Below are positions 1 to 7,679 of a stretch of 44,679 nt of DNA, in pieces (position 1 is the stretch's first letter; every line of letters begins with the position of its first letter). Under the pieces are notes generated by a model. The model was not told the DNA's origin. It saw only the letters and a list, made by a program, of their open reading frames with translations, and did not search any database. This stretch comes from Bacillota bacterium (GTDB lineage Bacteria; Bacillota; Clostridia; Peptostreptococcales; Anaerovoracaceae): positions 1-44,679 of the forward strand of contig JAEXBK010000071.1 of the NCBI GenBank assembly GCA_023394035.1. The letters run 5' to 3'. The position numbers and the translations under genes were made by a program.

Positions 1-147
1 GTCTTTGTTTGCAGATACTGGTATCTCGATTCCATCAAAGGCATCGCGAGCCGTTACGGATTTACGCAAAGCAAGGTTAAAATGATGCTCAAAAGAACAA
101 GAGAAAAGCTCAAAATTCATCTTGAAAAGGAGGAAATAGACATATGA
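1..147 (+). CDS. ECF-type RNA polymerase sigma factor, C-terminal region 4 (5' partial)
   Basis: Frame 1 reads VFVCRYWYLDSIKGIASRYGFTQSKVKMMLKRTREKLKIHLEKEEIDI*, a typical clostridial ECF sigma-4 HTH tail. Stop TGA 145-147 overlaps the next ATG (ATGA). Not in the ORF track because it is truncated by the window edge. Confidence 0.85.
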   Translation, partial: VFVCRYWYLDSIKGIASRYGFTQSKVKMMLKRTREKLKIHLEKEEIDI

Positions 148-896
148 AAAGCGATCTGATGATTCGTGCCTTCGGCAATATAGATGATGACTATATAGTA
201 AGCGCACATTCAACATACAATAAAAAACCTGTTTTGTTCAGGCGTTTTGCCGCAATCGCCGCGGCGACATTCGTGCTGATGTTTGCAGGTCTGTTTATGC
301 TAAGGGATAATAATAAGCCCGTTTATCAAAGCTGGAATCCCGGCTTTTCGCCGGAAATGTATTTCAGCAATTCAGCTCAGTATCCTGATTCGATCAGCCA
401 TGCTAAATTATCCGACATAGTGGCTCAGTTCAAGGCGCTTCGAAGCTTCTCCAATCTACGCTTAGAGCTTGAAGAAAATGGTGTTATACCGGTTATGGAG
501 GATCATCCACTATTTGATTTAACAGTATTTTACGGTGAAGGCGGCAAGTTCTACAAGATACACATCGGTTGGTATATAAACGGCGATGATCTAAGCGATT
601 ACAGTTCTCTTGAGGTGCTTGCCGGCAAGCATGAGATAAAGGAAGTCAAAGACTGTTTCTCGCCTTTAGAAAAAGAGTATAAAACATTTACCATGCGCGG
701 TCACACCCCAATTGTCGCCGTCGGCAGAGAATACCAGAACAAAACGATCACATTCCAAAATGAAAACGGATGGTATCAAATATCAGGCTCATTCAATGAC
801 AGCTACGAATCCGTCGTTAAGCTTTTAGAATGGTTCATTGCCCACCCTATTGACTTTGACGCCTTCCCTGTAGAAAACGGCGAAATCTGCAAATGA
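144..896 (+). CDS. Putative membrane-anchored anti-sigma factor
   Basis: Translationally coupled to the ECF sigma. N-terminal 'AFGNIDDDYIVSA' resembles clostridial anti-sigma N-termini, followed by one TM helix (FAAIAAATFVLMFAGLFML) and a ~190-aa extracytoplasmic part. RBS AAGGAGG at 127-133. Confidence 0.65.
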   Translation: MKSDLMIRAFGNIDDDYIVSAHSTYNKKPVLFRRFAAIAAATFVLMFAGLFMLRDNNKPVYQSWNPGFSPEMYFSNSAQYPDSISHAKLSDIVAQFKALRSFSNLRLELEENGVIPVMEDHPLFDLTVFYGEGGKFYKIHIGWYINGDDLSDYSSLEVLAGKHEIKEVKDCFSPLEKEYKTFTMRGHTPIVAVGREYQNKTITFQNENGWYQISGSFNDSYESVVKLLEWFIAHPIDFDAFPVENGEICK

Positions 897-917
897 TGAC
901 GATCTGAAAGGAATATA

Positions 918-1394
918 ATGATAAATCATCCTATTGACCCTTTTTTCAAAAATGACTCAAAGATTCTCATACTTGGCTCCTTCCCTTCCGTAAAATCACG
1001 CGAAGCCATGTTCTATTACGCTCACCCGCAAAATCGCTTTTGGAAAGTCGTAAGCGCGATTTTTGATGCCCCTACACCTATATCGACAGCAGATAAGCGT
1101 ACGCTTCTAACGCAAACAAAAATCGCGCTCTGGGATGTAATAAAAAGCTGTGAGATAAGCGGCAGCTCCGACAGCTCAATAACAAATGCAGTGCCGAATG
1201 ACATCTCTGAAATCCTTAAAGCATCAAGCATAGAGCGCATATATACAAACGGTAAAGCCTCATATAATCTGTATCAAACGCATATAAAAAACAGCATCGG
1301 CATTGATGCTGTCTATCTTCCGTCAACGTCTCCCGCAAATGCCGCATGGAGCCTCGAAAAGCTCGTATCGGCATGGCAGGTCATCAGAAATTGA
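918..1394 (+). CDS. DNA-deoxyinosine (hypoxanthine) glycosylase, UDG superfamily family 6
   Basis: Motifs [25 protein letters not shown] and LPSTSPAN; 158 aa. Confidence 0.85.
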   Translation: MINHPIDPFFKNDSKILILGSFPSVKSREAMFYYAHPQNRFWKVVSAIFDAPTPISTADKRTLLTQTKIALWDVIKSCEISGSSDSSITNAVPNDISEILKASSIERIYTNGKASYNLYQTHIKNSIGIDAVYLPSTSPANAAWSLEKLVSAWQVIRN

Positions 1395-1944
1395 TGATGC
1401 CGGTATGCTCAAGCAGGATCTTTGTACCTATCAGTATAAGAATGATTCCTCCTGCAAGCTCTGCTTTGCTTTTGTAAATCACACCGAAGGTATTTCCTAT
1501 CTTAACTCCTGCAAATGAAAGCACAAATGTGATTATGCCTATCGAAAGCACCGCAGGAACAATCGCAACGTTCAGGAATGCAAAGCTCACGCCTACCGCA
1601 AGCGCATCAATGCTCGTAGCTACTGCCATCAAAACCATTGTTTTTATGCCGAAATCAGGGTTACATTCAGATTCTTCTCTCGACTCTTTTATCATGGAAA
1701 GTCCTATAAGAACGAGAAGTACAAAAGCTACCCAGTGATCAAAATCCGCAATCAAGTCCTTGAAGCTCATGCCGAGCAGACATCCGGCAGCAGGCATCAA
1801 TGCCTGAAATACACCGAAATATAAGCCGCACAAAAGTCCGTGCTTAAGCTCCATTTTTCTGACGGAAAGTCCCTTACAAATTGAAACGGCAAATGCATCC
1901 ATTGCAAGTCCGAATGATAAGATGATAATTTCTGCAGCGCTCAT
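1384..1944 (-). CDS. mntP: Manganese efflux pump MntP
   Basis: LAMDAFAVS and [10 protein letters not shown] repeats, FDHW motif, C-terminal GGIILILIG; hydrophobic, 186 aa. Confidence 0.92.
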   Translation of the reverse strand: MSAAEIIILSFGLAMDAFAVSICKGLSVRKMELKHGLLCGLYFGVFQALMPAAGCLLGMSFKDLIADFDHWVAFVLLVLIGLSMIKESREESECNPDFGIKTMVLMAVATSIDALAVGVSFAFLNVAIVPAVLSIGIITFVLSFAGVKIGNTFGVIYKSKAELAGGIILILIGTKILLEHTGIINF

Positions 1945-1973
1945 TTATTTTTCCCATTTTTCTAAAATAATGC

Positions 1974-2002
1974 TGGACAATACAACTTTCATAGTATATA
2001 AT
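1974..2002 (+). promoter_or_regulatory. SigA-type promoter for tRNA-Glu
   Basis: TGGACA (1974-1979), 17-nt spacer, TATAAT (1997-2002). Confidence 0.7.
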
Positions 2003-2021
2003 AACACTTGCGTTATTTCAA
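1993..2021 (-). promoter_or_regulatory. SigA-type promoter for mntP
   Basis: On the - strand: TTGAAA (2021-2016), 17-nt spacer, TATACT (1998-1993). Confidence 0.6.
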
Positions 2022-2047
2022 TAGGAAAATGCGCCAATCAATAATAT

Positions 2048-2122
2048 GTCGCCTTGGTCAAGTGGTCAAGACGTAGCCCTCTCACGGCTGAATCAGGGGT
2101 TCGACTCCCCTAGGCGATACCA
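2048..2122 (+). tRNA. tRNA-Glu (anticodon CUC)
   Basis: Cloverleaf folds by hand: acceptor GTCGCCT/AGGCGAT, D arm GTC..GAC, anticodon stem TAGCC-CTCTCAC-GGCTG, 4-nt variable loop, T arm AGGGG-TTCGACT-CCCCT, encoded CCA. Confidence 0.97.
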
Positions 2123-2125
2123 ACT

Positions 2126-2154
2126 GAACCTGCATATCATGCAGGTTCTTTTTT
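2126..2154 (+). terminator. Intrinsic terminator after tRNA-Glu
   Basis: GAACCTGCAT-ATC-ATGCAGGTTC followed by TTTTTT. Confidence 0.85.
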
Positions 2155-2548
2155 CAGGTTGATATTTTTTTAATGTGCGTTATCCCGTATCAAATCGTTA
2201 TAAAATAGTGCATAAATCTTTTTTATTCATGATTTTTTTCTGAATATCTACAGAATCGGCCTCAGAGAAGATTCTCGTATCTATTATCTCTTTTTTAGTG
2301 AATAATTCTAAAATATACATAAAAAAATCAGAAATATCTACAGCGCGAAAGATTGAATAACCTTCATCAAACTTGCCATGAAATTACAATCCAAAAGCTT
2401 TGACTCTACCCCAACATTTATTATAGAGCCAAGAAAAAAACATCCCCGCGTCAAACGCGGGGTTTTTCACATCCGGGCATAGCCCTTGCTCCTCGCGGGA
2501 CGCGTGCAACGCGTAAACGCAGTCTGCCAGCCGCGTTTTCAGCTCATT

Positions 2549-3010
2549 CTATTTCTTCTTTCTCGAATTCTTCACTTCGGGGATGCTTAATTGTTCTCCC
2601 AATTTATCTTCGTCGAGTTGATGTTTTATATACTCTGCAATTCGCTGTTCGTTTTTTCCGACAGTATCGACATAGTACCCTTTGCACCAGAATTCTCTGT
2701 TTCGATATTTGTATTTCAATTCAGCGAATTGCTCGTACAACATCGTTGTACTCTTCCCTTTGAGGTACCCCATAAAACTTGATACTGCTATCTTTGGCGA
2801 TATCTCAACGAAAAGATGTATATGGTCTGGGCATGCTTCTGCTTCCAGAATATTGATGCCTTTCCATTCACACAATTGTCGTAGTATTTTCCCTATCGCA
2901 TTCCTTTTTTCTCCATAGAATACTCTTCTTCTATATTTTGATGCGAACACGATGTGATATTTGCAATTCCACTTGGAATGCGATAGACTATGTACGTCAT
3001 TAAGACCCAT
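2549..3010 (-). CDS. tnpA: IS200/IS605 Y1 (HUH) transposase TnpA
   Basis: SLSHSKWNCKYHIVF, HUH motif DHIH, GYLKGKS, FWCKGYY and catalytic YIKHQ. Start set at ATG 3010 after RBS GGAGGAGG, not the ORF-track start at 3091. Confidence 0.95.
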   Translation of the reverse strand: MGLNDVHSLSHSKWNCKYHIVFASKYRRRVFYGEKRNAIGKILRQLCEWKGINILEAEACPDHIHLFVEISPKIAVSSFMGYLKGKSTTMLYEQFAELKYKYRNREFWCKGYYVDTVGKNEQRIAEYIKHQLDEDKLGEQLSIPEVKNSRKKK

Positions 3011-3056
3011 GATTTCCTCCTCCTTAGTCTGTTTGCAGTTGGCAGACCGCAATAAC

Positions 3057-3085
3057 ATTCTAAGTATTGGGAGATTTCTGGTCAA
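3057..3085 (-). promoter_or_regulatory. tnpA promoter
   Basis: TTGACC (3085-3080), 17-nt spacer, TAGAAT (3062-3057); predicts a TSS near 3050. Confidence 0.65.
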
Positions 3086-3132
3086 ACGCATAGCTTTTAC
3101 GGAACCCCGCGTCTAACGCGGGGTTTTCGCTT

Positions 3133-3166
3133 ATACAAGAAACCGTGTGCGGATGCACACGGTTTC
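3133..3166 (-). terminator. Intrinsic terminator of bcd-etfB-etfA
   Basis: Perfect 12-bp stem GAAACCGTGTGC/GCACACGGTTTC (3139-3166) just after the etfA stop, with a short U-rich tail on the - strand. Confidence 0.8.
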
Positions 3167-3184
3167 GTTATTTGTTTACATGAA

Positions 3185-4294
3185 CTATTTTACAGCTTCA
3201 GCAAGTGCTTCTGCGTTGTCCCACTCTTCGATGATCTGTGGAATTACCTTGTAAAGGTCTCCTACGATACCGTAGTCGGCAACTTCGAAAATAGGAGCGT
3301 CTGCATCTTTGTTGATAGCAACGATGATGTCTGAATTTGACATTCCTGCAAGGTGCTGAATAGCGCCGGAGATACCGCAAGCGAAGTAAATTCTTGGCTT
3401 TACTGTAGTACCTGTCTGTCCAACCTGGTGGTCATGTGAAATCCATCCTGCATCTACGCATGCACGTGATGAACCAACAACACCGCCAACCTTGTCGGCA
3501 AATTTCTTGATGAGCTCGAAACCGCTTGGATCGCCGAGTCCTCTTCCGCCTGAGCAGATGATATCAGCATCTGTGAGGGAAACGAGTTCCTTTGCTGACT
3601 TAACGATGTCGATGATCTTTGTTCTGATATCTGCTTCGCCAAGTTCAACGTTAACGTGGATGATTTCACCCTTTGCGCCAGGCTTTCTCTCAAGCTTTGA
3701 CATAACGCCAGGTCTTACTGTAGCCATCTGAGGTCTTGAAGTAGGGCTGACGATAGTAGCCATGAGGTTTCCGCCGAATGCAGGACGAGTCATCTTCAGC
3801 TTCTTGTCTGTATCGTTAGGATCAAGAGTAGCTGTGTTCAGAGTCGTGTTTGCATTTGCAAAGTCAATATAGTTCTTAACGCTTACGTCAAGGTGAGTAC
3901 AGTCAGCTGTAAGACCTACGTTTGCGCGACCTGCTACACGTGGAGCAAGGTCTCTTCCGATATGAGTAGCTCCGTAGAGAATGATCTCAGGCTTGAACTG
4001 CTCGATAGCGGATGTGATGACCTTTGTGTATCCATCTGTTGTGAAGTTCTTTAAAAGCGGATGCTCGATTACATAAACAGCTTCTGCTCCGTATTCGAAG
4101 CATTCCTGAGCAAGATGCTCAACCTTGTCACCTACGATAAGAGCGCAGACCTTGCTGTCTTCGCTTATATCCTTAGCAAGCTTGTAGCCTTCGCCGATGA
4201 GCTCAAGAGCAACGTTCATCAGCTTGCCGTTACGCTGTTCGGCAAATACCCAAATATTTTTGTAATCAGCAAAATTTACTGTTGACATGTTCAT
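3185..4294 (-). CDS. etfA: Electron transfer flavoprotein alpha subunit
   Basis: [42 protein letters not shown] and GISGAIQH motifs. Confidence 0.96.
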   Translation of the reverse strand: MNMSTVNFADYKNIWVFAEQRNGKLMNVALELIGEGYKLAKDISEDSKVCALIVGDKVEHLAQECFEYGAEAVYVIEHPLLKNFTTDGYTKVITSAIEQFKPEIILYGATHIGRDLAPRVAGRANVGLTADCTHLDVSVKNYIDFANANTTLNTATLDPNDTDKKLKMTRPAFGGNLMATIVSPTSRPQMATVRPGVMSKLERKPGAKGEIIHVNVELGEADIRTKIIDIVKSAKELVSLTDADIICSGGRGLGDPSGFELIKKFADKVGGVVGSSRACVDAGWISHDHQVGQTGTTVKPRIYFACGISGAIQHLAGMSNSDIIVAINKDADAPIFEVADYGIVGDLYKVIPQIIEEWDNAEALAEAVK

Positions 4295-4301
4295 TTCCTC
4301 C

Positions 4302-5096
4302 TTAGATAGCGTGCTTCTGCTTCAGATTAACAAGCAGTGATGCAGCTAATTCCTTCTCAGTATCTCCTTCGAGCATAACGCCTTTTCCCTTTGGCTTAGG
4401 TGTAAAGGAACGGAATACGTTTGTAGGAGAAGCCTTAAGGCCTACTGTAGTGAGATCAACTTCAATCGCTGCAGCATTCCAAACCTTGATGTCCTTTTCA
4501 GGAGCAAAGAGGTCCTTCATGTTCATGTATCTTGGAACGTTGAGTTCCTTGATGCATGTTAGCATGCAAGGGATAGGAACTTCGATGACTTCGTATCCGT
4601 CTTCTAACTGTCTTTCAACCTTGACTGATTTCTTGTCAGCAGCAAGCTCAAATTTCTGAACATATGTTACCTGTGGAAGATCAAGCTTTTCTGCGATCTG
4701 AGGTCCTACCTGAGCTGTATCTCCGTCGATAGCCTGACGACCTGCAAAGATCATGTCATAGTCGAGCTTCTTGATTGCAGCTGTGATAGCGTTTGAAGTA
4801 GCCCATGTATCAGATCCGCCTACGGCTCTGTCAGATACGAGTATACCTTCGTCAGCACCCATAGCGAGGCATTCGAAGAGCATGTCTGAAGCCTGTGGAG
4901 GTCCCATGGAAACGACAGTTACATGAACATTTTCAGGATCTGTGTCTTTGATTCTGAGTGCTTCTTCAAGAGCATTTGCGTCATCCGGATTGAGGATGCT
5001 CGGAACACCGTCTCTGATGAGTGTGCCTGTTTCCGGATTTATTCTGATTTCGTTAGTATCCGGTACCTGTTTGGCGCATACTACAATTTTAAACAT
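4302..5096 (-). CDS. etfB: Electron transfer flavoprotein beta subunit
   Basis: [32 protein letters not shown] and [14 protein letters not shown] motifs. Confidence 0.96.
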   Translation of the reverse strand: MFKIVVCAKQVPDTNEIRINPETGTLIRDGVPSILNPDDANALEEALRIKDTDPENVHVTVVSMGPPQASDMLFECLAMGADEGILVSDRAVGGSDTWATSNAITAAIKKLDYDMIFAGRQAIDGDTAQVGPQIAEKLDLPQVTYVQKFELAADKKSVKVERQLEDGYEVIEVPIPCMLTCIKELNVPRYMNMKDLFAPEKDIKVWNAAAIEVDLTTVGLKASPTNVFRSFTPKPKGKGVMLEGDTEKELAASLLVNLKQKHAI

Positions 5097-5116
5097 TACC
5101 TATATCCTCCTTTATC

Positions 5117-6256
5117 CTAACGCAGCAGAGATGCAGCGATAACCATTCTCTGAACTTCTGAAGTTCCTTCATAGATTTCGGTGATCTTAGCGTCTCTCAT
5201 CATTCTTTCAACAGGGTAATCCTTTGTGTAGCCGTATCCGCCGTGAAGCTGTACGCACTTTGTCGTAACGTTCATTGCAGTTTCAGCAGCAAAGAGCTTT
5301 GCCATAGCGGCAGGAACTCCGTAAGGAAGACCTTTGTCTTCGCAGAAAGCAGCTTTGTAAACGAGAAGCTTAGCAGCTTCGATCTGAGTAGCAAGGTTTG
5401 CAACTTCAAACTGAAGAGCCTGCATCTGTGACAGCTTCTTTCCGAACTGTTTTCTCTGCTTCATATATTCAACAGTAACGTCAAGAGCTCCTTCAGCAAT
5501 TCCGAGAGCCTGTGAAGCGATTCCTATACGTCCGCCGTCGAGTGTGCTCATAGCAACCTTGAAGCCTTTTCCTAACTGTCCGAGGAGTCTGTCCTTAGGA
5601 ATACGGCAATTCTGGAAGATCAGTTCTGTTGTCGATGAAGCACTGATACCCATCTTGTCTTCCGTCTTTCCGATCGAGAATCCAGGATCGTTCTTTTCTA
5701 CGATAAACGCACTGATGCCTCTGTTACCCTGTGACTTGTCAGTCATAGCCATAACGATAAATACGTCAGCATATCCGCCGTTTGTAATAAAGCACTTAGC
5801 GCCGTTTATTACCCATTCATCTCCGTCGAGTTCAGCTCTTGTCTGCTGTCCCGAAGCATCTGTACCTGCGTTAGGCTCTGTAAGACCGAAAGCTCCAAGC
5901 TTTCTTCCGGAAAGAAGCTCAGGAAGATATTTCATCTTCTGTTCTTCATTGCCGTGAGCGTATATAGGCCAGCAGCAGAGCGATGTGTGAGCAGAAACTA
6001 TTACGGCTGTTGAAGCGCAAACTTTTGCGAGTTCTTCTACAGTGATAGCATATGATACTTCATCGCCGCCGGCTCCGCCGTACTTAGTTGGGAACGGGAT
6101 TCCCATCAGACCGTATTTTGCCATTTTTTCTACTGTTTCTGTAGGAAAACGGTGCTCCTGATCGATGTCCGCCGCCAATGGTTCAACTTCTGTCTTAGCA
6201 AAGTTTCTGACCATTTTCTGTACGAATTCCTGTTCCTTCGTCAGTTGAAAGTTCAT
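5117..6256 (-). CDS. bcd: Butyryl-CoA (short-chain acyl-CoA) dehydrogenase
   Basis: AFGLTEPNAGTDA, FITNGG, TLDGGRIGIASQALGIA, RKQFG and DAKITEIYEGTSEVQR; co-oriented with etfB-etfA. Confidence 0.9.
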   Translation of the reverse strand: MNFQLTKEQEFVQKMVRNFAKTEVEPLAADIDQEHRFPTETVEKMAKYGLMGIPFPTKYGGAGGDEVSYAITVEELAKVCASTAVIVSAHTSLCCWPIYAHGNEEQKMKYLPELLSGRKLGAFGLTEPNAGTDASGQQTRAELDGDEWVINGAKCFITNGGYADVFIVMAMTDKSQGNRGISAFIVEKNDPGFSIGKTEDKMGISASSTTELIFQNCRIPKDRLLGQLGKGFKVAMSTLDGGRIGIASQALGIAEGALDVTVEYMKQRKQFGKKLSQMQALQFEVANLATQIEAAKLLVYKAAFCEDKGLPYGVPAAMAKLFAAETAMNVTTKCVQLHGGYGYTKDYPVERMMRDAKITEIYEGTSEVQRMVIAASLLR

Positions 6257-6324
6257 GTAATTGCCTCCTTAAATTTTATAACGATCCTTCCTTAACGGAA
6301 GGAAAGCCGGTACATGTTGTAAAG

Positions 6325-6342
6325 TTGTTATAAAAATAACAG
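6325..6342. promoter_or_regulatory. Rex (NADH/NAD+ sensor) operator upstream of bcd
   Basis: TTGTTA-TAAAAA-TAACAG closely matches the clostridial Rex palindrome TTGTTAA-N4-TTAACAA; about 70 nt upstream of the bcd start. Confidence 0.7.
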
Positions 6343-6464
6343 CATACATTTATAGTAAACCACTTTTTTTACCTATTTGCAAGCCACTTTTTGGCTTAGT
6401 TTAAGTAAATAAAGCTTTATCGAATCACATAAATATTTTGAACCGAATAAGACTCACGTTTTGC

Positions 6465-7652
6465 TTATCCCTTTATTTCTATGATTTCCTCGGAGTTTAT
6501 TGCCTCCTCTATCAGTCGTTCAGTATCGAGCTTTGATGCCGAGGCTTCGATCTTCGCAAGCGACGGTTTTGTTGAAGGATGCTTAGGAAGAAATACCGTG
6601 CAGCAATCCTCGTATGGCTCTATTGATTTCTCAAACGTGCCTATTTCCTTCGCCTTTTCCATTATATCAACCTTATCAAGAGCGATCAAAGGTCGCATCA
6701 CCGGCATCTCCACGCACCTGTCGGTCACAGTCAAGGCTTCCGCAGTCTGGCTTGCCACCTGACCCAGGTTCTCACCTGTTATAAGCATCATCGCACCGCA
6801 TGACTTTGCTATGCGCTCGGCTATCATCATCATGAAGCGTCTTACATGTATAGTTGTTTCAGGTTCAGGGCAGTTCTGCACTATCGCTTCCTGAATCGGA
6901 AGAACGTTTATAACGTGCATTCTGAAATTGCCGCAGTACGACGCAACTATACCCGCAAGCTCTTCAACTTTTTCCTGCGCTCTCGGTGACGTATACGGAT
7001 ATGAATGAAAATGAACCGCTTCGAGCATCATGCCGCGCTTTGCCATCATCCATGCCGCCACAGGAGAGTCTATGCCGCCTGAAAGCAGTATAAGCCCCTT
7101 TCCGTTCGTACCGAGAGGAAGTCCTCCGAAGCCGGCTATCTTATCCGTATATATGTATGATTTGTCATGTCTCACATCAACAAATATCCTTGCATCAGGC
7201 TCGTGAACATCGACCGTCAAAACCTTGCAGCCTTTTAGTATCGCCGCTCCGATCAGCCTTCCTATTTCAGGCGATTTTACCGGAAAATTCTTGTCGGCGC
7301 GCTTTGCCTCGACTTTAAATGTCTTTATTCCCTTCTCATCTATCAAAGACTTCACGAATGACACCGCTTCTTCACCTATAGATTCGAGAGCGGACTCCGC
7401 CTCAACTGCCGGGCTTATCGACGCTACGCCGAATACCTTTGATATTTCAGCGGCAACGGTTTTGTGCGCAAATGTCTTATCAAATGTAACGTATATCAGA
7501 CCCTCGTGGCGTTTGACGTCTGCCGCTCCGAGATCCGATGCTTTCAGTCTTTTTTTTATGCGTTCGACAAGCATGCGTTCAAAGTACGGTTTGTTCATTC
7601 CCTTCAGCGCAACTTCTCCGCACCTTACTATTAATATATTTTTTTCGTTCAT
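6465..7652 (-). CDS. thiI: tRNA 4-thiouridine(8) synthase ThiI
   Basis: GEVALKGMN, THUMP domain, GGLPLG, PP-loop LLSGGIDSPVA, TGENLGQVASQT and EDCC. Confidence 0.95.
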   Translation of the reverse strand: MNEKNILIVRCGEVALKGMNKPYFERMLVERIKKRLKASDLGAADVKRHEGLIYVTFDKTFAHKTVAAEISKVFGVASISPAVEAESALESIGEEAVSFVKSLIDEKGIKTFKVEAKRADKNFPVKSPEIGRLIGAAILKGCKVLTVDVHEPDARIFVDVRHDKSYIYTDKIAGFGGLPLGTNGKGLILLSGGIDSPVAAWMMAKRGMMLEAVHFHSYPYTSPRAQEKVEELAGIVASYCGNFRMHVINVLPIQEAIVQNCPEPETTIHVRRFMMMIAERIAKSCGAMMLITGENLGQVASQTAEALTVTDRCVEMPVMRPLIALDKVDIMEKAKEIGTFEKSIEPYEDCCTVFLPKHPSTKPSLAKIEASASKLDTERLIEEAINSEEIIEIKG

Positions 7653-7679
7653 ATCAATTCCCCGTATATTCCTTTTATA

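Larger units (their letters stand above)
2436..3135 (-). mobile_element. IS200/IS605-family insertion sequence, IS200 group (tnpA only); ends approximate
   Basis: Y1 transposase flanked by matching subterminal hairpins CCCCGCGT-CAA-ACGCGGGG (2444-2462) and AACCCCGCGT-CTA-ACGCGGGGTT (3103-3125) in the same orientation. No tnpB. Lies just downstream of the etfA terminator. Confidence 0.9.

Noticed and set aside
2198..2383. About 60-codon stop-free frame on the - strand (FHGKFDEGYSIFRAV...)
   Set aside because: No upstream start codon or RBS and no recognisable homology; it could be a gene remnant but cannot be supported.
3011..3091. ORF-track N-terminal extension of TnpA (180 aa)
   Set aside because: It spans the predicted promoter and 5' UTR; a strong RBS precedes ATG 3010, where family similarity begins.
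2123..3135. Prophage or ICE integrated at tRNA-Glu
   Set aside because: No integrase and no duplicated tRNA 3' end (att site) was seen in the window.
2444..3166. Repeated GC-rich hairpins as a possible CRISPR array or REP/RAYT system
   Set aside because: Only two or three copies with no regular spacers and no cas genes; they are explained as IS200 subterminal hairpins plus a terminator.
6352..6382. Candidate bcd promoter TTGCAA..TACTAT on the - strand
   Set aside because: The spacer is 19 nt; plausible but not confident enough to call.
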